DNA of 64,000 bases, from NCBI GenBank assembly GCA_964252035.1, contig OZ176207.1. The stretch is one strand, 5' to 3'. This DNA is from Podarcis erhardii (lineage: Eukaryota). The notes under the pieces are model-generated. The model worked only from the letters and a program-made list of their open reading frames with translations, was not told the DNA's origin and ran no database searches. Positions 23,131 to 35,149 of this stretch are shown piece by piece; the first letter of the stretch is position 1; every line of letters starts with the position of its first letter. The position numbers were made by a program, and so were the translations under genes.

Positions 23131-26100
23131 TGAATGTTAAAAACAAAAATAAAATACAACATTAAAATAATGGAACATTAAAATATTAAAATGTAGCCTC
23201 ATCGCAGGAGGAGAAGGAAAAGAAAGAAAAAAAGAGGGAGTAGTAACATAGTTGGAATCCTGCACATGCTGAGCAGGAAAGTTGTGAAGAAGCTTCAAAA
23301 TACAGGGAGCATGGCAACTATGCAAATTGCTGCCAATGTCTATCAAAATGCCGCTAATTCACACCAACCTTGTAGCGGCATGCTACCCACGTTAGACATT
23401 TATTTATTTTATTTTATTACTTACTACATTTAAATCCTACAGTTTACACTCAACAGTGGGAATGCCATGGCATCATCCTGCCCTATCACAGACACAGTGC
23501 CCTCAGGCAGCAAAAGCACAGCAGTATCTTTTTCAGGAATCCCTGCATACAGAGGCTGAAATCCCCTAATACCACTCCAACACACAGACCCCCAAATGGC
23601 CAGCAGAGTGGGATCTAGTTTCTTACCCTGGTTCAGAAACTTCAGATATGAACAATTATTTATTACTTGGTGCACTGTGTACTCTGTCGCTCTATTAGAC
23701 ATATTTATACTGTACTATTAAGAACTGAGAGCATTGTATGGATGCTGATTATTGTCCTAAATTCCCAATCTTAAATAGATCAGCACAGAAAAAAGTCATA
23801 CTGAGTTTATAACATGCTTTCCCGTAAGCACGCTTAGCATTTCAAACCATAGCTTTTCTGTTTAGTAGCTTTTTCCTTCAGACTTTGTCCAGTAGTTATT
23901 TTTCCCATGACAAGATTGATAATTAAAAAAAAAAGGAAAGTTATAGGACAAGTGTACCAACACTCGGTATGGAGTGGAAATTTTACAGCTGAGTTATAAA
24001 TCCCAGAAGCAGTATGGTTTATAACGGGAAAGTTAAAGGGAAAAATGGAGAGAGTGAAATAATACGTATGTAACCTTTCCCCCTCTCTTTAGTGAGTAGA
24101 CCATTTAAACTAAATTAAGTAAAGGATGTAAATTCTGTTGTTTCAGTTTTTAATATTTCATGGCTGATTTTATAGATAAAAATTACATTTAACAATAAAT
24201 ATGAAGAAGAATTAATATGGCCTGTTCTGGTTTGATATGGAACAGCAAATCCCATTTCTCCTCAGCTGTAAAGAAAATTCATTATTATGTCTTGGATTGT
24301 AAGAGATGGCTTCATTGTGATTAGTTACATTGATGATAAAACAACCTTTTCGAAAATGGCACAATATACACGGGTTCTCATGTGTCTGTGTTTAATGACA
24401 CTGAATTTGTGCATTTGCTACCCTTTTCACAAATCTGTTGCCTCCTCCTTGTATCCGAGCCCATTTTAAGTCATGCAAGTTACTTTTAAAAAAGAATAAG
24501 AAATGGCAATCTTATATCAAGCAACTAAGGTATATATAGTTTTAGGAGAGGCAGAAGTAATACTGCGGGCTTATTTTGAATGGCTCAAGGGCAGATGCAG
24601 TGCTGGTTTGGGACAAATGATGGTTTGCAGATTGGGAATCAGCTTTGGGATCATGTGCATCACCACCATCCCTCTCTAGCATGAATTCCTCCTTCTTTGC
24701 GTTGTCGAACCGCATGCAGAAATATGAGATCTGAAGACATATCTGGCTGCAGAGCTATTTCAGTCTTCCAAGCCTTGGCATGAGCGCTAGGGGAAAGGGA
24801 GAGAAACAGATACTCAACCATATTATATTATTTTGGCAAATGTGGAGTGATGTAACCACGCTAACTGCATTTGTGTCTGGCACAAATGTGCAGCTTCTTA
24901 GCCAGAGCCCCTCCCTATCGTTTATAAGTTGAGACTCAGCCCAGGAGCTCCTCAGAGCTCTCACCTATAGAGCAGAACGTGCTCCTTCGGGTCTCCCGTG
25001 TTTTCTGAGAAATTTCAGGCAAGACCTGACCCTTGGCTGCTTCTGAAGAACTGGGCAGTGAAAGGCTAGATTGCAAATGCAAGAATGGGGATTAAACCCA
25101 AACTGTGGTCATCATCATTCCCTTGGGGAGATAAAAGTGAAAACCATTTTGACGTGAAACTTGCAAACATAAATGCTTTGAGCACAAAAGTCTGCATTAC
25201 TTAAGCATGTACAACAGATTGTTTTTGAATTGAATGTAAACATTAAATACGTTTCACAACACATTGTGGGAAAAGAGCTTGCGTTTTTAAGGTAGCGTTT
25301 AAGTCAAAACCATTTCTCTTGCGATGTAGCAGTATTTTAGTCTTTGTCCCCTTGTGTAAAGTGGCCACAAGGTGTCATCAGAATGCTTTTCTTCTGCTGA
25401 CTTCTTATTTCATGCGGCTTCCCCCCCTTTTTTCCCTTCAAACTTTTACAGCTACACTAATAGTAAATCTAATGTGAAATACTACCCTTTTTTTTCTTGA
25501 GGATATTGTGGCATTAAGCTTCCACTGAAATAACTTAAAAGATTATGGCCTAATAGCCCAGTGCCTTAGGTACCTCTGCACCGAAGCAGTTCATTGCACA
25601 GGAGATAAACTTCCTAGTGCTTGCGTGAGCGGACAACTTCAGCCATGCTTGAACCCAACCACAGCCTTAGCTGCTGGAGCTGTCATCTCTCCTAAACCAA
25701 AAGTGCCCAGTATCTTTTCAAGGATGCCCTTGTGCTACGCAAGGGAAGTTAAACTGCTCAGCTTGGTTGGTGCCAGGTTTGAGGGAGCCCCAGGCAAGCA
25801 TTTCCCCCACTGGGAAATGAAGATAGTAGTGGCGGCAGCAGTTACTTTGCCCATTGCTTTGCTCTCGTCCGCCTGCAGCCTGGCCTGCAGGAATGGCTGG
25901 ATGCACTTGCAGCCCATTGTGTGGTACCCAGCACATGGCTTTAGCCACTTATGCTATCCCAGAACATCACTGAGCTGGTACGTAGTACTGCATCAGGGCA
26001 AAACAGCACAATTTTTGCTCAGTGCTTCTCTTCAGCACACCCAGTCCCACCACCAAAAAAAGTTTTTTATATATGTCAGCTCTGGTAGGCTAACCAGAGC

Positions 26101-28283
26101 AACCTGGCTTTTGCCCCATCGTGCAAGGTAGCACAGAAGTCTGGAAAGGCTGTACTAGCTCCCTTGTGTGCTGGCCTTCACTAATTATGGTGGCATATCT
26201 AACAGAAGAGGAATAATGATTACAGACATAGTACAGCATTGGTTCGGGGAATAACACTCCAATGCAGTTCACAGAGCACCCTTAGATCAAGTGCCCCCAC
26301 AGCTCTTTTTGCAGCTAGAAGGATGTGCAGAGTTTTCTAAACTGAAGCCAGTGCTTAAAAGGGGAGGTCTGCAGTCGGAGACAGCAAGATGTGTGACTAG
26401 AAAACCACCAAGTAATTTATCTGAAAACAGATAAAAATGCAGGCAGCTGTGTTAGTCCATTAGAAATAATTGAAAGGGCAACAATAAGTGTAATACCTTT
26501 AGGACTTTTAAAAAATAAAAGTAGGAAGCAACTCTTTTTCGAATAGATCACTACTTGTTTACTACCTCTAAGTTCTTTAGCTGGCCATACATTTTACTGG
26601 TAGTTTAAGTATTTTACTAGTGCTGTTCTTTCCATATTTCTTTATGTACTAGCACGGTTGCCTTCAATTTAGTTTTTGTTGTGTGCTCTGGAGAATTAGC
26701 CTTCCAGGAGGCAAATCCTAGAACTGGAAGAAGATAATGATCTTCTTGCATCTGTTTATGTGTTTGGTCTGAAGAGAAACCATGTGTGCCCCAGTCACTG
26801 CAGAATCCTACTCAGTTGATTCTGTATCAAGTGCTCTGTCAAAAACTAATCTACTTTGTGAATATAAGAAGTACCTCAAGTTGTTGGTTTTTTTCCAAGG
26901 CTGACAGCAGAATTAAAGGAAAACCTGGCAACCCCTTTGTATTGCATGACATTGTCCCTGGCAAAATGGTGGTGGTTTGGCAAACTGCTGCTTGGGCTGC
27001 CAGAAGTTGAGAACCCTGATTTTTTAATCAACTTGTGATAGAAGAATTATTGGTTCTTCCTGGCATTTGTGCTGTGCATGTAGGTCAGGGTTTGGAATGG
27101 GTTAAATGGTTGTGTACCTCCTGTTGCTGTATATTGGTGGTATGGTGCCTTCCAGGGGTTATTGGACTACACCTCCCATGATCCCTGGCCATACTGGCTG
27201 TGGATGGTGAGAGTTGGAGTCCAACCATATATGGAAAATATCATATTGGCTATCTTCTGCATTTCACCTTGTAAATTTCCTGCATGCCTAATCAGGAAGC
27301 ACTGGGAACAATGTTGTGATTGGTGGTTGGGAGACGAATTTCTTAGGAACTCTGTGATGCTATTTTGTCAATTCTTTGTTCCTATTGTCATTATTGTGTA
27401 TTTTCCTCCTAGGAGTGGAGGGATCCCAGCTACTTATGCCATTATAATCTCCATGGTAGTGACAGCCATGTTAACTGGACTATTAAGATTTTCCTGTTAA
27501 ATCTAGTTTTGTCATTTTGAGGCAGTTATATTTTCTTCATTTTGAGGACAGTTAGTTTCTTAATTGTGAAACTTCTAATTTCAGGAAAGGATACTTTCTC
27601 CCCTCCTTCCCCGTTGCCCTTTTAACTGAATGCCATGCTATCTTGGAGTACTGTGTCAGGGCTGTCAAAAACAAAGGTCACACTTTTTAGACTTGAATTC
27701 CCAGAATGGGCACATTATTTACGCCACAGCTGTGAAACGACTCGCTCTGGAGTAGTTCCATTTAAAGCCTACAGTCCTATTGAAATCAGCAAGCACTGGA
27801 ACTAAGCAACAGCTACATGTTTCAGAATAATGGATCTCAAGGCTGCAGTCTTGTTAAAAGTATTACGTTTTTCAAAGAGAGTCAAAATTTGCCTCTCTCA
27901 TTGATGAGCATCCTGTGCTAATAGGAGAGACTTGTATGTACATACCGATAGACTTTCTGTTCCATAGTGGCTGTGCAACTGTCCTCTTAAGAACCAGATA
28001 ATCCTTCCTTAGATGTTTAGACATTATTGGTATGGCCATGCTTTGCTTTGAGAATGTTACCAAAATAATTAGCTAACAATGTCCCTATAGCCTTTTAAAA
28101 CAATAAGTTGTATTCAACAAGTTATTAGTTGCATTAGAATAAATTTCTATGTGTTTTTATGTACATAGGAAACTAATAACCATCCATTCTTTTTCTCCCT
28201 TTCTCTCTTTTTTTAGATAGCCATACAGCAGATGAGCTAAATCGTTTTATTTAGAATTGTACTCTACACAATCTTCATTAAGA

Positions 28284-31200
28284 ATGAATGTTGAAAAAAA
28301 TCAGAAGAACGATGAAGGTGATGAGAATGTACAAAATGAATTAGTAGAAGAAGCTGCTAGAAACGTGTTAGCTGAAAAAGCTCACAGCGACTCTTTCTCT
28401 ACCTCAAAAATAGACACATTTTCAGCTGAAGGACAGAAAAACCCAGGGGAAAAACATGAAGAGTGCGCCACAGCCAAACGACCATTATCCAAATCAGCAG
28501 TTGAAGACTGTATGGCAACAAACATAGTTGAAAACGAACCTGTCTCAAAAAGATTAAAGCTTACTGTTGTACAACATGCTGAAGAGAATGAAGGCAAACT
28601 ATCGAATGCCACAACGTGTGAAGGTAGTGTTGATGGGACAAGTAATACAACAGATGAAACTATAAAAGACGAAGCTATAAGTGCCTGTCAAAGTAGTGAT
28701 GCTTTATGCGTGCAGCATGATTTCAAGTCTGAGGACAATAGTACACAGGAAATACATGTGGAAAATGAGCATACCCAAGTTGACCAAACACCCCTTCCAG
28801 AATGCACATCTTCTTTTCAAAACGACGAAGCCAGTGTTAGTTGTGCAACCAGCAGTGTTGAAAACATTTCTAAGTGCAAACCTCATGAGGAGACTTTTTC
28901 TACTTACCCAGATTTAGAAAAGCATATTCAAGAAAGCCACCTTCAGCATTCCGAACAACAGGTGAACCTATATTGTACTGATAAATCGGAATGCACTCCA
29001 TCTTTACAAACACATAGCAAGCCGACCGCTGGACAGTTTAGATTGTATTTTTGCAATCTCTGTGGTTTTCAGTCTTTCGAGAAAGATCTTCTACAAGCTC
29101 ATTTCCTTGGCAAGACGCACCTCCGCCGGCAAAATCTTGCTGCTCGGGGAGGATTTGTCAAGATACTAACGAAAAAGCCATTTCATAAAAAACAGCAGTA
29201 CCTAGTCAAGGAAAAGAATGTGCAAGCAAAATCTGCACTTAATAAACCAAAAATAAGGAATGCAGGTTCAAATCCACTAAAAGCTTCAAGCAATAAGCTG
29301 AAGAAGTTTAAAACATGCCACCAACTTTTTGTTGAAATGGTGTCATCAAAAAATATTTCTGCAGAAACCACAGAGAACACTACCAATGAAGAAGTGCTTT
29401 TCTCCAGTGTGGGTGGAAATGGTGATGCCCATTCTGAAAAGCTAGAAGTGTCAGGGCCCTCCAAATGTAATCCAGATGTATCAGAACCTGCTGAAGGTAG
29501 TCAAGAGACAATTAGCAGTTCAAACACCACAGGAATACTTGATAGATTTCCCCATAACAGAAATATCTTCTCCCGAAGAATAACTTTCAAGCAAAGTGGT
29601 TCTTTCAGATTAAACCAGCAAATTAAAAAACGCTATAATCTTTTGGGAATAGGTAAGAGAAACAGGCCTGACTCCACCTTAAAGCACAGCACCAGGACAG
29701 ACTTCAGTCAAGGCAATACATCGCAGGTGCACCTAAAAGTTTTAGAAACTGAAGAGGATTTGTGCAAAGCTGACACAGGAACACTATCGCTTGATCCAGA
29801 TGGAGCCAATGCGTGCTCTTCTATCACCTTGGAACTTGACAATTCTCCAAAGAAAGCTGTTGAGGCCCAGAAGGGTCTACATCCTTGTACTCATTGTGGA
29901 TGTACTTTGCCAAACACAGGTTTGGAATTGGATGTTGACAGAGATAAAGCAGAAGAGCTGAAATTCCAGTGTCAGACATGTGGCTATTCTTGTGGAACCA
30001 AGGAAGACTTTCAACTGCACCACCAAAAAAACAACCATTGCACGGGTGATTCCAAGATAAATTGCCCTCAGTGTTCATTTTTTGCCCTGAATGAGGTAAG
30101 CTTTGGGGAGCACATGCGTGATGAGCATGGCATGTCCCACTGCTGTGTTACCTGCCATTTGTATTTTCTAAATGAAGAAGAAGTAGCAGTTCATAACACA
30201 ACTGAACAACATATAAGTTTATCAGCTCAAGGAAATACGATTCGCCCACTTAGCAATGTGACTCAGCAAACAGCAACTTGCACTTTAGTGGAGACAAGTG
30301 TTCTTCCAAAGGTTGCAGAAGAAATGCCCAAGCCCTTGGTGATACATCCTGCTAATGAGTTCAAGGAGTCTGTCCTGAGCAGAACTCAGTTTCAGTGTAA
30401 AAAATGTTTTTATAAAACAAGGTCTTCCTCAGTTCTTACCAGGCACATAAAACTTCGGCATGCTCAGGAATATCATTTCCTTTGCAAAGCATGCAACCTC
30501 TACTCATTAAGCAAAGAAGGAATGGAAAAACACATCAAGAGAAGTAAACACCTTGAAAATGCCAGAAAAAATAATATTGGCTTACGCTTTGAGGAATGTA
30601 TTGAAAGGGTATGTGTAGGTGGAAGTGATGGTAAAAAAGCAACAGAGCCTTCTACTTATGGCAGTTTAAAGACTGTATCGGAAAATGAAAACATGCCGTT
30701 ACCCTTCTGTACATTGGAGAATGTATCGATAAACAAGGAACTGTTTCCATCGGGTGAAATGCTGAAATGCAGTGAGCTGGTTCTGGGTAGCGGGCAAAAG
30801 AGAGGAAGGCCGAAAGGCACCATTTCTCGGACATGCCCTCATTGTGGCTTATTGGCTTCCAGTGTTACAAACCTGACGGTTCACATTCGACGAAAGCATA
30901 GCCACCAGTACAGCTATTTATGTAAAGTATGCAATTACTATACTGTAACGAAAGGTGATATGGAACGTCATTGTGCTACAAAGAAGCATAAAGGCCGTTT
31001 GGAAGCCAATGGGAAGCAAAACATAGAGATTATAGTGTGCCCAGAGGGAGGTAATGTTGAAGCCAGTAGCAAGAAGATAAATAGTCCAGGAGGCATGAAT
31101 GAACTTGTTGACCATGGCAGTTCACCCTTGGACAATGGTGCTTTGGAAAGCCAGGGAAATGATCAGGGCAATGCTATACAAGTACAAGGTGAAAATGTGC

Positions 31201-32985
31201 CTCAGCTTTCTGAACTGGGTAGAGACCGGAACCCTTCAGAAATAAAGCAGCATATAATTGCAGAACTAGGTAACGTTAACCAAGCTAGGGACTCATTGGC
31301 TCAAACAAGATCGTTAAACACAAATGATAACAAGTGTGCTCATTGCAGCTTTGTTGCACATTCATTTTCTTCTCTGGAAGTACATATCAAACGCAAGCAC
31401 ACTAAAGAATTTGAATACTATTGCATGGCCTGCGACTATTACGCGGTTACTCGCCGAGAGATGATTAGGCATGCAGCAACAGAGAAGCATAAAATAAAAA
31501 GGCAATCTTATGTATGCAACACCTCTGGAGAAGAGACAGATGTGGCCGATACTGGCAAGGAGCAGCAACCCACAGATGAAATTCAGATCATCCTGGATGG
31601 AACAAAATACCAAAACACCGTTGAGGAGAGATGTCTGGATGTGCAGGTCACTCAGAAAGTGAAGAAAGCCCTTAATTATTTGGTTTCGGAAGATGGTGCC
31701 CCTTCAGAGGTTCCCAAAGAAGGTTATGTTGCCGATACTGTAGATGTTGAGACAAATGATGGAGTTGACCAAGGCAGGGAAGAGGGAGCCAATGAAGAAG
31801 ATGTTCCAAAAGCTGTAGTTGAGGTTCATGAGGTGTTCACACCTAAAGAAGCAGTTCATTGTGTCCTGCAGGAAAATGTGGAAGATCAAAGAACAGTCAC
31901 GTCAAATTTTAATTTTACCATAGAAACTGGAAGTAAAAACTTAGCTGTTAGCAAAGATTCTCCAGATATGAATTTGATCTCAAATAAGATGGAGGAAGAC
32001 TCTGAAGGAGAACTTCAGAGTATTGCAGTAGCTGCTGAAGAAGTGAAAAATGAAGAAATTCAGTTGCCCATCATTTCAGAAACATGTTGCACACTAGAGC
32101 AACAAACTATTGATGAAAATATTGAAGGAACTATGAAAACTATACATAATTTACAGGAACAGAAAATGACCCAGCAGAGTTCTTCTATAGAGGAAGAAGG
32201 AACTCTGTCAGCTGAACAACATGAGGTCGAAGTATCATTAAACAATATTTGGGGTTCAGAGGTCTCAATAGTTGAAAGCGTTCAAGAAAGTAATGAGGCA
32301 TCGGATGCTTTTGCCGGTGCTGAGGGCAGAGTGAAGGAGGAGATAGCAGTGCAAAATTGTGGCCAGTTTGATTCCTCTATAGTAAAATTAAAAAGCCATG
32401 AAGATGGTTGTGAGCCAACTGATCACATTGCTGATGGACAGAACCTGAGTGGGCTGAGAGCTTTGAAAGCGGATGTCCCACAAGGTGGTGGAAAGAAGAA
32501 GAAAGCAGAAGGGCAGCCGCTTGGGGAATCGACACGCATTCGCTGCGATGATTGTGGCTTTTTAGCAGACGGCTTGAGTGGCCTGAATGTTCACATAGCT
32601 ATGAAACATCCTTCAAAAGAGAAACATTTCCATTGTTTACTGTGTGGAAAGTCGTTTTATACCGAAAGTAACCTGCACCAGCATTTAGCTAGTGCGGGCC
32701 ACATGAGAAATGAACAGGCAAGTGTCGAAGAACTGCCGGAAGGGGGCGCCACCTTTAAATGTGTTAAGTGCACAGAGCCTTTTGATTCGGAGCAAAATTT
32801 ATTTCTTCATATTAAAGAACAACATGAAGAGCTGCTCCGGGAAGTCAACAAATACATTGTTGAAGATACTGAGCAAATCAACCGAGAGAGAGAAGAAAAT
32901 AAAGGCAATATTTGTAAATACTGCGGGAAGATGTGCAGAAGTAGCAATTCCATGGCCTTTCTGGCTCACATACGAACCCATACAG
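28284..32985 (+). CDS. ZNF407: ZNF407 giant first coding exon (exon starts about 28217, CDS from ATG 28284)
   Basis: 4.7 kb open frame with C2H2/matrin-like fingers and ZNF407-specific segments (HFLGKTHLRRQNLAARGGFV, FQCKKCFYKTRSS, RCDDCGFLADGLSGLNVHIAMKH, SMAFLAHIRTHT). Acceptor ttttag at 28215-16, donor gtatgt at 32986. Located downstream of CNDP1. Confidence 0.96.
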
Positions 32986-34721
32986 GTATGTATCAACAAA
33001 TGGTGCAGGTAGTGCTTTGCAAATGGAAGTTGAGTTAAGGCCTTGCTACTCTTTGCTGCCGTTATTTTTTAAATCATGAATTACTCCAGAGTTTCAAATT
33101 TATATTAATCCCATGTACACTGCTTGATTTCAGGAGTACTCTTTAGTAGCCAAGGAGCACGAATTTAAACACAATTTCTTCAAAGTTCTTGAGTGTGATC
33201 TTCTCTTTGTCACTACATTTCTTACAGATTATATCCCCTAGACTCATTATAATTCATTAATCAGATCCCATCTTATTATCTGAATATGATTTGGAGAACA
33301 TTTACCTTTCAAATAACTGTTTGCCTAATCTAGAGTTGCTTGCAAACTTGTTTTTAAAAAATAAAAATGGCCTCTATCTATACCTTCCCCCTCCTTCATT
33401 TCTCTAGACAGTTCTGATTAGTGTTGTGACAGTCAAACCATAAGGGAAAGCACTACCTAAGTGCTACTGATATGTTGAGGTGTGGAGAATGAGCCATCTG
33501 ATCTGGCAGTACTGCAGGGGTAGGGAACCTCGGACCCAGGGACCCAGTGTGTTTTGGCTACAATCTTGCTAACACACACTTGTTGAATTTATGATTAAAA
33601 TTAGTGATAGGAAATTCACTCCTACAGGATGGGAGGTGATGACCCTTTATGGCTCTTCCTTTGCCCAAAGCAGCAACCTGTTGACAAGTTGGTGGCAATG
33701 CTAGCCTAATGCTTAAAATAGTTTACTTTACCTGGTTTGGATTCAGAAACCACCATTCACATTTAATGGTTGAATGGCGGGTATTTGTTGCTGCATTGCT
33801 GTGTAGAGAATGTTGATTTTTGAAAACAAGCATGTATGGTTATCATGGGATTACAGTTTGGCCATCATTTTAGAAGGCAGTAGTAGAGGTAACGCAGCAC
33901 CTGTGAAATTTGGGCCTGGTGATTTAGACTCTGTGCTGTGCCACATGTTCCATTCTCTTTTTATGTTTTATATTAAGTGGAAAAATTTAAAACAACACTT
34001 TTGTCGAAAATGCATAAGCTGCAGTTCTAAATTTATGTAAAAATTCACTGCTATGTTTCTATAAACCTGCCATACATTCTTTATTTTAAATAGACAGCTT
34101 TTCTAAATCACTGAGCTCTGCTTAGACAAGTGGTGTCTCTCTGGGTTGAATTTATGAGTGGATTTGAATAATAAATTCACATTTCAATGAACATATTTTC
34201 ATTAAAACTGTAAGGTTTATTTTACTGTACTTTTAAATAATGGCTTATTATAGAAGCTATAGTTTAAATTCATGCAGTGGTTGAAACTTAGTGCTCAGTT
34301 ACTAGAAAGAAAATGAAAAGGTAAGAGATGCAAAATATTATAAAAGAATATTAATATTCTTTGGTGTAATCCTGAAATAGTTTTTGTTTCCATAGAAGAA
34401 AGCAAAGCTGAGGCTGAGCTATGTACTTAAGATTCAGTTGCAGAAAGCTGGCATCTTCAGGTGTCTTCTTGTAACTAAAGTATTAATTCTTGCAAACCAT
34501 CAGTATCATCAGCTTAGGAATCCCAGCCTTCTTTTAGCAAGCCAATTCTATACTTGTGCGGATCGTTTCAGGAAATGTTTTTTTTTTTTTTTTTTAAAGA
34601 ATTTGGTGATGAGTTTTTCGATGGCACAGACTGTTCGCATGGTCAGAACAGTTTTTATAAGCCCTTTATATGCCCTCTTAAGGCAGATAAAATGGAATAA
34701 AACTACAGGGAAGATGCTAAT

Positions 34722-35149
34722 NNNNNNNNNNNNNNNNNNNNNNNNNNNNNNNNNNNNNNNNNNNNNNNNNNNNNNNNNNNNNNNNNNNNNNNNNNNNNNN
34801 NNNNNNNNNNNNNNNNNNNNNNNNNNNNNNNNNNNNNNNNNNNNNNNNNNNNNNNNNNNNNNNNNNNNNNNNNNNNNNNNNNNNNNNNNNNNNNNNNNNN
34901 NNNNNNNNNNNNNNNNNNNNNNNNNNNNNNNNNNNNNNNNNNNNNNNNNNNNNNNNNNNNNNNNNNNNNNNNNNNNNNNNNNNNNNNNNNNNNNNNNNNN
35001 NNNNNNNNNNNNNNNNNNNNNNNNNNNNNNNNNNNNNNNNNNNNNNNNNNNNNNNNNNNNNNNNNNNNNNNNNNNNNNNNNNNNNNNNNNNNNNNNNNNN
35101 NNNNNNNNNNNNNNNNNNNNNNNNNNNNNNNNNNNNNNNNNNNNNNNNN
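34722..35149. other. Assembly gap
   Basis: N run. Confidence 1.

Noticed and set aside
24617-24734. Possible C/D-box snoRNA (ATGATGG...CTGA)
   Set aside because: Imperfect C box, no terminal stem, no recognisable guide.
28257-28283. ORF-track start of ZNF407 at 28257
   Set aside because: It is a TTG. The in-frame ATG at 28284 has A at -3 and gives an N-terminus resembling the human protein as I recall it.
28382-33012. Small antisense and alternate-frame ORFs overlapping the ZNF407 giant exon
   Set aside because: Expected shadows of a long coding exon; all short and without motifs.
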